Shown: positions 1-6,874 of the stretch, one piece after another
How the letters are laid out: each line of letters opens with the position of its first letter
How positions within the stretch are numbered: the first letter of the stretch is position 1
From: a virus
Lineage: Duplodnaviria; Caudoviricetes
IMG/VR virus record: IMGVR_UViG_3300020182_000188
Coordinates: 1-24,395 of that record
Length of the DNA: 24,395 bases
Reading direction: 5' to 3' (one strand)
The notes under the pieces: generated by a model
The model's input: the letters and a program-made list of their open reading frames with translations, nothing else
What the model was told of the DNA's origin: nothing
The model's database searches: none
Position numbers and translations under genes: made by a program

Positions 1-20
1 TTTTGTTTTTTAAGATACTG

Positions 21-60
21 CAATATAAAACCTTTTTTATTTATAAACTAATTAATTAAC
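21..60 (-). promoter_or_regulatory. Putative early promoter for a gene left of the window
   Basis: Minus strand reads GTTAATTAATTAGTTTATAAA...TATATTGCAG, a variant of the Bacteroidota -7 box TAnnTTTG. The 21-mer at 40-60 matches 1764-1784 at 20/21 positions. Confidence 0.55.
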
Positions 61-67
61 GTTTTTT

Positions 68-781
68 TTAATCTGTCCTTAATTTTAATAAATTCCAACA
101 TTCTATATATTTCTGTTTGGCTTTCCCCCTGTATTCTTCCCTGAATAATTCGTACATTCTTTTTGTGTACTTATATTTAGAATCGCACCCTGCAAACCAT
201 TTTCCTGCAAATACTCTTCCTTTGCCTTTAAAGTATTGTACATTATCAGCTCCATCCCCTATTATCATTTGCTCATAAAAATTAAACAACGCTTCTTGTT
301 CTGAAATATCTAAAACAACTTTATGTTTATAGTGGTAATTATACATCAAACAAGGAAACTGTTTGTAATCTTTATCAATGCTCACTATCATTACGTTGTC
401 CCTCCCTATCTCATTTGATAACTCAAACCAATATCTTGCAACCATATCATCTGTCTCAACACCATAACCCCAAACGCTTTCGTATTGGTCTTTTACATAA
501 TCGTGCATTTCGTTTAATAATGGCGGTAAGTCCGTTGCTTTCCTATTTGCTTTATATGTATTTGTAATGAGCTTTCTAAAGTTTCCCTTGCTACCGCTAA
601 ACGTTATTACTTTGTCGACTGAATACATATCTTCTAACTTATTTACGATACTCATAAACTGTTGGTCGAACTTTGCCTTGCAATCATTTATATTCGTGTA
701 ATACCTTTCGTCTGTGGCGTATTCCCTTTTTTTGTAACACGCTGCAAATATTAAACTATCTGCGTCTATTAATAAAATCAT
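68..781 (-). CDS. 5'-3' exonuclease / RNase H (PIN-fold, T7 gp6/T4 RNase H-like)
   Basis: Contains the acidic active-site motifs of the FEN/5'-3' exonuclease family: LLIDADS, NFRK...YKANR, ETDD, SIDKDY.Q and GDGADN. Confidence 0.88.
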   Translation of the reverse strand: MILLIDADSLIFAACYKKREYATDERYYTNINDCKAKFDQQFMSIVNKLEDMYSVDKVITFSGSKGNFRKLITNTYKANRKATDLPPLLNEMHDYVKDQYESVWGYGVETDDMVARYWFELSNEIGRDNVMIVSIDKDYKQFPCLMYNYHYKHKVVLDISEQEALFNFYEQMIIGDGADNVQYFKGKGRVFAGKWFAGCDSKYKYTKRMYELFREEYRGKAKQKYIECWNLLKLRTD

Positions 782-900
782 TCTATATCTGCGTTAAAAC
801 ATTCAGTTGAACAATAATAGTTGCCTTGTGTTTCTGTTGAACAACAGGCGCAAAATGTTTGTTCGTCTGGTTCATCTATATAACTATCTAACCAATTCAT
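778..900 (-). CDS. Small zinc-finger protein, 40 aa (not in ORF track)
   Basis: Translates as MNWLDSYIDEPDEQTFCACCSTETQGNYYCSTECFNADIE, with CxxC...CSxxC. It has ATGA overlaps with both neighbours. Confidence 0.75.
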   Translation of the reverse strand: MNWLDSYIDEPDEQTFCACCSTETQGNYYCSTECFNADIE

Positions 901-1172
901 AATTCTTGTGTATTAATTTGTTCTTTTAATGTTTCTATTTCTTTTTGAAGCGATTGGATTGCTTCGTTCTTACCTTGTCTAATTAAACCGATGCGTTTTG
1001 TTAGTACGCTATTTTCTATATTTAATTGATTAACGTATTGACCAATCTCATTAAGACCTTTTATGTAATTCTTTAAATCTTTATTTGCAGGCTTGGACTT
1101 TGCCCATTCCATTGTTTTGTCGGCTATCCAGTTAAACCAAAGATTATAAGATTGTTTTTGAAGTAACGTCAT
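897..1172 (-). CDS. Hypothetical coiled-coil protein
   Basis: 91-aa ORF with a heptad-like C-terminal half, coupled to its neighbours. Confidence 0.7.
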   Translation of the reverse strand: MTLLQKQSYNLWFNWIADKTMEWAKSKPANKDLKNYIKGLNEIGQYVNQLNIENSVLTKRIGLIRQGKNEAIQSLQKEIETLKEQINTQEL

Positions 1173-1357
1173 TATCTTGCTCCGTATATGTAACCCGATA
1201 CAAAAGCTACAAAAATTAAAAATCCAATTAAAATATTAAAATTTCGTTTTTTGTTTTCTTCTATTAAAGCGTTTAAATCCTCTAATTCTTTAGGTGTATA
1301 TACTTCAATATAGTTTCCTTTAGTTTCAATGTGTAGTCCTGTTTTTGTCTTTTTCAT
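1172..1357 (-). CDS. Small membrane protein (C-terminal TM helix)
   Basis: Hydrophobic stretch FNILIGFLIFVAFVSGYIYG; A-rich leader AAAACAAAACACT-ATG. Confidence 0.7.
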   Translation of the reverse strand: MKKTKTGLHIETKGNYIEVYTPKELEDLNALIEENKKRNFNILIGFLIFVAFVSGYIYGAR

Positions 1358-1370
1358 AGTGTTTTGTTTT

Positions 1371-1391
1371 AAAGGGGGTTTTTACACCCCC
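1371..1391 (-). terminator. GC hairpin, possible weak terminator or processing stem
   Basis: Minus strand GGGGGT-GTAAAA-ACCCCC followed by only TTT; intergenic. Confidence 0.4.
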
Positions 1392-1405
1392 TGTTTATTT
1401 TTAGT

Positions 1406-1543
1406 TTATTTTATTAAATTTCCGTTTTCATCGATAAAATAAGGTATATACATTTCTGTATTTAAGATTAAATCAATTCTTAAAAGCCTGTTCTCAATAG
1501 TTCTTTTAATCTCGCAAAATTCATTTCTTAGTAAAGTTGTCAT
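1406..1543 (-). CDS. Hypothetical 45-aa protein (not in ORF track)
   Basis: Translates as MTTLLRNEFCEIKRTIENRLLRIDLILNTEMYIPYFIDENGNLIK; leader AAAAACAAACATT-ATG. Confidence 0.55.
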   Translation of the reverse strand: MTTLLRNEFCEIKRTIENRLLRIDLILNTEMYIPYFIDENGNLIK

Positions 1544-1554
1544 AATGTTTGTTT

Positions 1555-1698
1555 TTATTTTTTGATAATTTCTTCAATTGTTTCATCTAAGTCTCTAATC
1601 ATTGCGTAGTTGATTCCGCTTGGGTGCTTCTTGTGTAATTTCATTAAGTCTTTTCTTAAATTTGAAAGTTTGATTAGTTGTTCGTTTGTAATTTTCAT
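1555..1698 (-). CDS. Hypothetical 47-aa protein (not in ORF track)
   Basis: Translates as MKITNEQLIKLSNLRKDLMKLHKKHPSGINYAMIRDLDETIEEIIKK; first gene after the promoter at 1743-1784. Confidence 0.6.
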   Translation of the reverse strand: MKITNEQLIKLSNLRKDLMKLHKKHPSGINYAMIRDLDETIEEIIKK

Positions 1699-1742
1699 AA
1701 TAATTTATTTTAAAGTTTGTTTGCTTGCCCTTATTGACACTA

Positions 1743-1784
1743 CAAATATACAACTAAATAATCTTTATAAACAAATTAATTAAC
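1743..1784 (-). promoter_or_regulatory. Host-RNAP (Bacteroidota sigma-A type) early promoter
   Basis: TTTG (1772-1775), a 21-nt spacer, then TATATTTG (1743-1750) on the minus strand. This matches the -33/-7 consensus TTTG/TAnnTTTG. Confidence 0.75.
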
Positions 1785-2250
1785 TATTTTTTTTAATTAT
1801 TTTTTCTTTTATATCAAAATAACTATCCCAGACCCCTGTTTTATTTTCTTCATTTAAGTTAATTATTGCAGCGTCTTTTTCTTCTAACAGATAACAAGGC
1901 TTTAAAACTTTCTTTTTTGTCCATAGCGTTGTATCAGGACAATAAATATCTTTAGTCTTTAATTCTTTTAAATTATTGAGCCAAAACATATAATTTCCTT
2001 TCGGGTCATTCACTAAGTAAAGAGCAACTTTCCCAGTTTCAATCAATTTATCGTGCTTAAATTTTTCTAATATTTTAGTGTCATAGTAAGTATTTCTGAA
2101 TTTCATTTCTATAACGCACTCTTGACCCTTTGGCGTTGTGCCTGTGGCGTCCCAAGATTCACTCCCTTTGCCTGTGTGGGTTAAGTTCCATCCATCAAGG
2201 TTTAAAAGTGTTACAACCGCCTTTTCCCAATTATGTATTTTTTCAATCAT
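1780..2250 (-). CDS. PD-(D/E)xK family nuclease (possible resolvase-like)
   Basis: N-terminal helix with E, then WDATG...VIEMKFR (D...ExK catalytic signature). Confidence 0.65.
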   Translation of the reverse strand: MIEKIHNWEKAVVTLLNLDGWNLTHTGKGSESWDATGTTPKGQECVIEMKFRNTYYDTKILEKFKHDKLIETGKVALYLVNDPKGNYMFWLNNLKELKTKDIYCPDTTLWTKKKVLKPCYLLEEKDAAIINLNEENKTGVWDSYFDIKEKIIKKNS

Positions 2251-2447
2251 TTAATCTTATTATATATGTTATCAATATCTTTTATCCACATTACCAAAGT
2301 CTTTGGTTTGCAGCTACAAGGCTCATAGTAAGGATGGTTTAAGTAACGAGCGTGAAGAGTACATAAAATCTTATACTGTTCCTTAGTTAGTTTACTTGTG
2401 ACGTTTGCTTTGAAGTCAACCCAAGCATCTTGATCTTCTATTCTCAT
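2247..2447 (-). CDS. Hypothetical protein with PCSC motif
   Basis: 66 aa, H...YEPCSCKP; ATGA-coupled on both sides. Confidence 0.7.
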   Translation of the reverse strand: MRIEDQDAWVDFKANVTSKLTKEQYKILCTLHARYLNHPYYEPCSCKPKTLVMWIKDIDNIYNKIK

Positions 2448-2587
2448 AATTCAATATCTATATCATTCCACGCTTTGCGCCGTTCATTACATCCACAATC
2501 TTTTCCTGTTAATAAACTCCATTTTTCTACTAGCCAATGAATACCAGTATAATAAGTGAAATTGTAAAATAAGTCTCCTAGTCTCAT
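2444..2587 (-). CDS. Hypothetical 47-aa protein with DCGC motif (not in ORF track)
   Basis: Translates as MRLGDLFYNFTYYTGIHWLVEKWSLLTGKDCGCNERRKAWNDIDIEL; ATGA overlaps at both ends. Confidence 0.75.
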   Translation of the reverse strand: MRLGDLFYNFTYYTGIHWLVEKWSLLTGKDCGCNERRKAWNDIDIEL

Positions 2588-3072
2588 AAATTTTTTTTTA
2601 TATGTTTTTTTGCGTTTACGTATGTATTGTATAGTGAATAATAGCTTATCTTTGTGTTCCTGCTTAGTTCGGCAACGCTCACACCCTTTGCAACGATCTC
2701 AAATATCTTTTTGTCATACCAATACATATCATTTAATATGCTGTCTATATGGTCACGCTGCTTTGCCCATTCAACTTCATCAATACCGCTTTCTTGTATT
2801 TCTTTAAGTTCGTTTATATCTTCTAAATAAACTTTCTTTTGTCTTAAACTAGCTTTGTATAAATTCGTGTAAATTCCCCTTAAAACTTTATAACAATAAT
2901 AGTGATTTATTTCATCATTATAGTATAGGTCTAAACCTTTTTTCACATCAGCATCAAGTTGTATGTACATTTCCATTACAACGTCCTCACTCATTGAGGG
3001 GTTGCAGCCGAAACTCTTTACGATATTATTCCAATCGTTATGTTTTTTATATGCGAGTTCAAGAATTTTCAT
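2584..3072 (-). CDS. Phage sigma-70/ECF-like RNA polymerase sigma factor
   Basis: Region-2-like SEDVVMEMYIQL and region-4 HTH (YDKKIFEI...GVSVAELSRNTKISYYSLYNTYVNAKKHIK); ECF-like size of 162 aa. Confidence 0.72.
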   Translation of the reverse strand: MKILELAYKKHNDWNNIVKSFGCNPSMSEDVVMEMYIQLDADVKKGLDLYYNDEINHYYCYKVLRGIYTNLYKASLRQKKVYLEDINELKEIQESGIDEVEWAKQRDHIDSILNDMYWYDKKIFEIVAKGVSVAELSRNTKISYYSLYNTYVNAKKHIKKNL

Positions 3073-3085
3073 TTATTTTTTTTAA

Positions 3086-3988
3086 TTAAAAAGGTGCTTT
3101 TATTTGTTCGTTTGGTTTGTTTGGTGTTAATGTTCTGGGTACAAAGTATTCTAATGGGTCGTATATCTCACCAACCACAAAAGGCAGCCCAAACTCGTTG
3201 ATACTAAAGCTGAACGTTTCAAAAGCGTAACCCCTAGAACGTTTGCAGCTTACTGTAATCCATTCCTTATTGACTGTATTTATTTCAAGTTGTATTTGGT
3301 TTTCTGTCTTTTTTTCTAAGAAACTACCCAAGTGTCCAGTTGGCTTATCGCTCCCGAAATTACTATGAATGACAGTTACTATATGACAATCATATTTTGC
3401 AGATAGTTGCATTATTTTTTGAACACATAGATTTGATTCTTCAAGATTATTGACGTCACTAACTAGATCAGCAATTCCATCAATTACAACCATACCATTT
3501 TTACCTTTGTTTTGTTCCAAACAATGCTCTATAAATTGTAATCGTTCTTTATATCCAATAGTTCTAAGAGCGTATGTGTGATAACAACCCACATCTTTAG
3601 TGTTTGCCATATCCTGAACCCTTCTAAACACCCTTTGAGCGTGCCACGAACCCTGCTCCGTATCAAAGTGCATTAAACACCGCCCTTCACGATGTCCTTT
3701 AATTTTACCGCCAAAGTTATTTCCACCACTTAAATAAACCGATGCTAATAAACTAACAAAGAAGGTCTTTTTTGATTTTGGGGGAGCTTGTACAAAGCTA
3801 AAATTTCCATAAGTTCCAATTGGAATCGGCATTGTGATATCACCGCCTTTGGCTTGTATGGTTTTTTCACCTAAACTTAAAGCCGTTGGGGGGTATTCCA
3901 TTACATCTTCAGTATCAATAGCGCATTCTTCTGCTATTAATTCCATCAGCATATTATGGGTTGTTTGTTCTTCTGTTATTTTTTCCAT
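3086..3988 (-). CDS. RecA-fold P-loop ATPase, probable replicative helicase (RepA/AAA_25/DnaB-like)
   Basis: Walker A-like APPKSKKT, FDTEQG, Walker B VVIDGIAD, and VIH.N...PTGHLGS.L.KK.E. Confidence 0.8.
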   Translation of the reverse strand: MEKITEEQTTHNMLMELIAEECAIDTEDVMEYPPTALSLGEKTIQAKGGDITMPIPIGTYGNFSFVQAPPKSKKTFFVSLLASVYLSGGNNFGGKIKGHREGRCLMHFDTEQGSWHAQRVFRRVQDMANTKDVGCYHTYALRTIGYKERLQFIEHCLEQNKGKNGMVVIDGIADLVSDVNNLEESNLCVQKIMQLSAKYDCHIVTVIHSNFGSDKPTGHLGSFLEKKTENQIQLEINTVNKEWITVSCKRSRGYAFETFSFSINEFGLPFVVGEIYDPLEYFVPRTLTPNKPNEQIKAPF

Positions 3989-4016
3989 TTTGTATGTTTT
4001 GTTAATGTAAGGTAAT

Positions 4017-4041
4017 AAAAAAGGCGGTTATTACACCGCCC
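4017..4041 (-). terminator. Intrinsic terminator after SSB
   Basis: GGCGGT-GTAATA-ACCGCC followed by TTTTTT on the minus strand. Confidence 0.8.
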
Positions 4042-4048
4042 TAGTTAG

Positions 4049-4348
4049 TTAAAATGGTAAGTCGACAATTTCAGCTTCTTGAACTACTTCTTTGGCTTCT
4101 TCACGTTCAGCCTTTACAATATTTCCATCTGTCCAAACCACTTTACCGTTTCCAATGTATTCTTTGGATTTTTTCGCCTCACGTTCTTCTTGTGTTTGGC
4201 TCACTGTTATAGAAGTGTTATTCCCGTAACGTGTTTCGTCATTTACTGACATTGTAAGGTTTACATAAACCGCACCATCTTTTCCTGCGATAAATTTCTC
4301 TTTTGGTAATTTGTCCACCCTTAGTGAATAATTGATAATTGCACCCAT
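4049..4348 (-). CDS. Putative single-stranded DNA-binding protein
   Basis: Small beta-rich protein with an acidic tail ending DLPF (SSB C-terminal tip). It lies between the annealing protein and the helicase. Confidence 0.7.
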   Translation of the reverse strand: MGAIINYSLRVDKLPKEKFIAGKDGAVYVNLTMSVNDETRYGNNTSITVSQTQEEREAKKSKEYIGNGKVVWTDGNIVKAEREEAKEVVQEAEIVDLPF

Positions 4349-4361
4349 AATTTAATTTAAT

Positions 4362-4520
4362 TTAATTGTTATTGATTTCTTTTAATTGTTTTTTATTCAT
4401 TTTTACATTGTCCGCTAAATGTGAAATAAATTCAGCTTCGTAATCTTGAAAGTCATCGCTTCTATATAACTTTGCAGCGATTGATATTAGTAATTCGTAC
4501 TCGTGACATTTTAATCTCAT
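4362..4520 (-). CDS. Hypothetical 52-aa protein (not in ORF track)
   Basis: Translates as MRLKCHEYELLISIAAKLYRSDDFQDYEAEFISHLADNVKMNKKQLKEINNN; follows the promoter at 4545. Confidence 0.5.
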   Translation of the reverse strand: MRLKCHEYELLISIAAKLYRSDDFQDYEAEFISHLADNVKMNKKQLKEINNN

Positions 4521-4544
4521 AGTTTTTATTTTAATTGTTTACAG

Positions 4545-4580
4545 CAAATATACAAATAAATGTTTAATTAATTGCTTTTT
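4545..4580 (-). promoter_or_regulatory. Early promoter (-7 box TATATTTG)
   Basis: TATATTTG at 4545-4552 on the minus strand, in an intergenic gap. Confidence 0.6.
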
Positions 4581-4585
4581 TTAAT

Positions 4586-4972
4586 TTATTTTTTAAAAGA
4601 ATCTGATTCATCCTCACCAAAAACGCCTAGCTCATAAAATCCTGTTAGTTTTAAAACCGCTCGGCTCATTGCTCTTTTCTCTGCCATTTCTGCTACGTAC
4701 CAACTATTTGTTGAACCGTCTTTATGTGTAGCACCTTTTAAGGCACTTCCAAAGGTTTCAATTTTATAATCAACTCCTTTTGTCGCAATCGCTTTAAATA
4801 CTGCAAAATTTGTAGTACATTGAATTACCTCATAATTAATTTTAATTTGTGCAACAGCTTGTATCTTATCAATCCCTTGGCGTGTGATAATTGTGTAGTG
4901 TTGGTGTTTAAAAAAATCTTCTTTTGATAAATTATATTTATTGTATAATTCTACTAATTTTTCTTTGTTCAT
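4586..4972 (-). CDS. Putative Rad52/Sak-like single-strand annealing protein
   Basis: Beta-strands followed by the helix EMAEKRAMSRAVLKLTG, resembling the Sak/Rad52 A.KRA...LG helix. It lies upstream of the SSB gene. Confidence 0.5.
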   Translation of the reverse strand: MNKEKLVELYNKYNLSKEDFFKHQHYTIITRQGIDKIQAVAQIKINYEVIQCTTNFAVFKAIATKGVDYKIETFGSALKGATHKDGSTNSWYVAEMAEKRAMSRAVLKLTGFYELGVFGEDESDSFKK

Positions 4973-4973
4973 A

Positions 4974-5108
4974 TTATTTGTTTTTGTTATTAATTTCGTT
5001 TTGTGATTCTAAAAATTCAACTCTTTTTTCTAGTGCTTTAATTCTAGCGTTTAAATAATCAATTGTATCGGTTGAAGCTGCCCTGTTTACGTCTTCTGAA
5101 TAAGTCAT
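4974..5108 (-). CDS. Hypothetical 44-aa coiled-coil protein (not in ORF track)
   Basis: Translates as MTYSEDVNRAASTDTIDYLNARIKALEKRVEFLESQNEINNKNK; exactly fills the gap between its neighbours. Confidence 0.7.
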   Translation of the reverse strand: MTYSEDVNRAASTDTIDYLNARIKALEKRVEFLESQNEINNKNK

Positions 5109-5109
5109 A

Positions 5110-5313
5110 TTAAAGCTCATTAAATAATTCGTATGGACTTTCGGTTGTTTCTAGTAAGAATCTTAAATCACTTACAACTCCATAGGGTAAATCTTTAACA
5201 TAAGAATATTCTTCTAAGCTATCAGTTATAAATCCAACTAATGCAGGAAATCTAAAATTTATTAAATCTAATCTTGTTTTGTACTCTGGTTTTAATCTTT
5301 GTAATAAATTCAT
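5110..5313 (-). CDS. Hypothetical protein (likely start ATG 5313, MNLLQRLKPEY...)
   Basis: The ORF-track start at 5361 lies within the promoter. ATG 5313 has the leader AAAACAATACATT. Confidence 0.7.
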   Translation of the reverse strand: MNLLQRLKPEYKTRLDLINFRFPALVGFITDSLEEYSYVKDLPYGVVSDLRFLLETTESPYELFNEL

Positions 5314-5338
5314 AATGTATTGTTTTAAATGTTCTATG

Positions 5339-5380
5339 CAAATATAAAACAAATAATTCAATAAAAAAAACTATTAACAA
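5339..5380 (-). promoter_or_regulatory. Early promoter (-7 box TATATTTG)
   Basis: TATATTTG at 5339-5346, just downstream of the terminator at 5399-5428. Confidence 0.65.
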
Positions 5381-5398
5381 AAAACTTTAGTTTTAAAC

Positions 5399-5428
5399 AA
5401 AAAAAACCACCCTTTTACAGAGTGGCTT
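5399..5428 (-). terminator. Intrinsic terminator
   Basis: GCCACTC-TGTAAAA-GGGTGGT followed by T8. The G-U pairs form only on the minus strand, which fixes orientation. Confidence 0.8.
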
Positions 5429-5467
5429 AATTTGGTTATGACAACCATATTAAAACAAAAACAATAC
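5399..5467 (-). ncRNA. Candidate ~70-nt small RNA
   Basis: Bounded by a TATATTTG box (5472-5479) and the terminator. It has a U-rich 5' end and a small hairpin TGGTTG-TCA-TAACCA. Confidence 0.4.
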
Positions 5468-5471
5468 TTTA

Positions 5472-5479
5472 CAAATATA
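5472..5479 (-). promoter_or_regulatory. -7 promoter box directly after the NinG stop
   Basis: Exact TATATTTG, identical to the boxes at 1743, 4545 and 5339. No clear -33 TTTG. Confidence 0.5.
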
Positions 5480-5481
5480 CG

Positions 5482-5877
5482 TTAGTTGTCTAGTTGTTTA
5501 ATTAACATTTCATATTTTTCTATTAACATTTCTAAATCTGTGTTATCTAGCTTTACCGTTTTATTAGCTTCAATATGTAGTTCATCAGCTAAACCGTCAT
5601 AGTAAGTGTTATCTAAATTACGAGCGAATTTAAACTGCTCACCATATCTAAAAACGTTACACCCCGAACATTGTACCTGACAATTTACCTCGTGCCACCT
5701 TGTAGCGTAATGTTTACGGCTTTGAAAGTGTCCGTTTTGTAGTTTCTTCCAATGGTCTTGTTTACCACAAGTAAAGCATTCAGCTATATCATTATCGGCA
5801 TACCTGCGTCTTATATATATACTAAAAACCTTATCTAACTTATCTACTAGTTTTTTGCGTTGTGTTCTTTTTGCCAT
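5482..5877 (-). CDS. ninG: NinG/Rap-family recombination endonuclease (HNH-like)
   Basis: LDKVFSIYIRRR...CFTCG...GHFQSR...TRW.E.NC..QC..CN, the signature of the lambda NinG family. Confidence 0.88.
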   Translation of the reverse strand: MAKRTQRKKLVDKLDKVFSIYIRRRYADNDIAECFTCGKQDHWKKLQNGHFQSRKHYATRWHEVNCQVQCSGCNVFRYGEQFKFARNLDNTYYDGLADELHIEANKTVKLDNTDLEMLIEKYEMLIKQLDN

Positions 5878-5984
5878 TTTTGAATATTTCCCAGATGTCT
5901 TATCTATTTGTTTCTATATATGTTTTTTTATGCCTTTAAGGGCAACAAAAACTTTAGGCTAATTAATCAGCTTAACAAAAAATT

Positions 5985-6016
5985 CAAAGTTATATCTTTT
6001 ATTTAGAATAAACAAG
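5985..6016 (-). promoter_or_regulatory. Early promoter upstream of ninG
   Basis: CTTG (6013-6016), a 20-nt spacer, then TAACTTTG (5985-5992). Confidence 0.6.
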
Positions 6017-6027
6017 AAAAAAGTAAT

Positions 6028-6504
6028 TTATTTTTTAAAATGCTTTGTAATCTTTTCAGCAGACCTCATTCCGAAATAACCACCATAAACCAAAAGTAGT
6101 AAAGAACTAAGTAAATCAATCCATTCAGGAGCTATTTTAAAGCCATCTAAAGAACTATCTAATATGATATACACAAATAGTGTAGCCGTTAAAAAAGCGA
6201 GCGTTAAGGGTCTGATATTACGTGTTAAATAACTGTCGGTATTGTTATCCGATACCCAACGTTTAGTGGTTTCTTGCATTTCTATTTTATCAAAGTTTAA
6301 CTCCTCTAATAAAAGTTGTTTATCTGTTTCACTTAAAACGGTATCAGCTCCGATTTTATTTGCTAATAACTCCAAAGCTTCAATCCCTGTAACATTAGAC
6401 GCTATTTTTAAAAGCTCTGGGGCTACTTCTTTACCTTGTTTTAATAACCAACGTAATGCGTCTCCTACTCTTGTAGTTCCGTTTTGTTCTTTGTATTTAG
6501 GCAT
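6028..6504 (-). CDS. Putative holin (GTA 3TM-holin-like)
   Basis: RW.SD...L.RNIRPL followed by two TM helices and YFG.RS.EK; adjacent to the endolysin. Confidence 0.72.
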   Translation of the reverse strand: MPKYKEQNGTTRVGDALRWLLKQGKEVAPELLKIASNVTGIEALELLANKIGADTVLSETDKQLLLEELNFDKIEMQETTKRWVSDNNTDSYLTRNIRPLTLAFLTATLFVYIILDSSLDGFKIAPEWIDLLSSLLLLVYGGYFGMRSAEKITKHFKK

Positions 6505-6874
6505 AGTTCCAACGTGCTTTAGTTTTTCTAATATCGTAATGCGTAAAAGATTTGTACATTCCCAAACCGCCTTGTAATATTTCTCCAGTTAGAATAAGAT
6601 CATCTAAATAATCGTAAGTATCTAAAACAGGATCAAGTCCATTAATGACAATATCAGCTGCTTTGCCCAGTAAGTGTTGAGAGTTTTCAGAGCCGCCAAC
6701 CGATTTATTATGCGCTTGACATCGATAACCACTATTAATCGTTATAGGCATTGCAACGTTATCCCTAACATATTGTAATTGGTTTGCTAATTTAGTAACG
6801 TTAGCTAAAACATCATCAGGCATATCGCACCCACACTTGCAATCAAACTCACTTTTTTTAAAGTTTTTAGTCAT
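6497..6874 (-). CDS. Endolysin, peptidase M15A family (likely start ATG 6874)
   Basis: NF..SEFDCKCG, INSGYRC..HN..VGG...SQH..GKAAD and F.HYD: the zinc peptidase M15_3 motifs. Confidence 0.88.
   Translation of the reverse strand: MTKNFKKSEFDCKCGCDMPDDVLANVTKLANQLQYVRDNVAMPITINSGYRCQAHNKSVGGSENSQHLLGKAADIVINGLDPVLDTYDYLDDLILTGEILQGGLGMYKSFTHYDIRKTKARWNYA

Noticed and set aside
5314-5361. N-terminal extension of the 83-aa ORF
   Set aside because: The TTG start overlaps the promoter box; ATG 5313 has the typical leader.
5374-5448. 24-codon ORF MVVITKLSHSVKGWFFLFKTKVFC within the sRNA candidate
   Set aside because: It runs through the terminator and has a U-rich rather than A-rich leader. A leader-peptide role cannot be wholly excluded.
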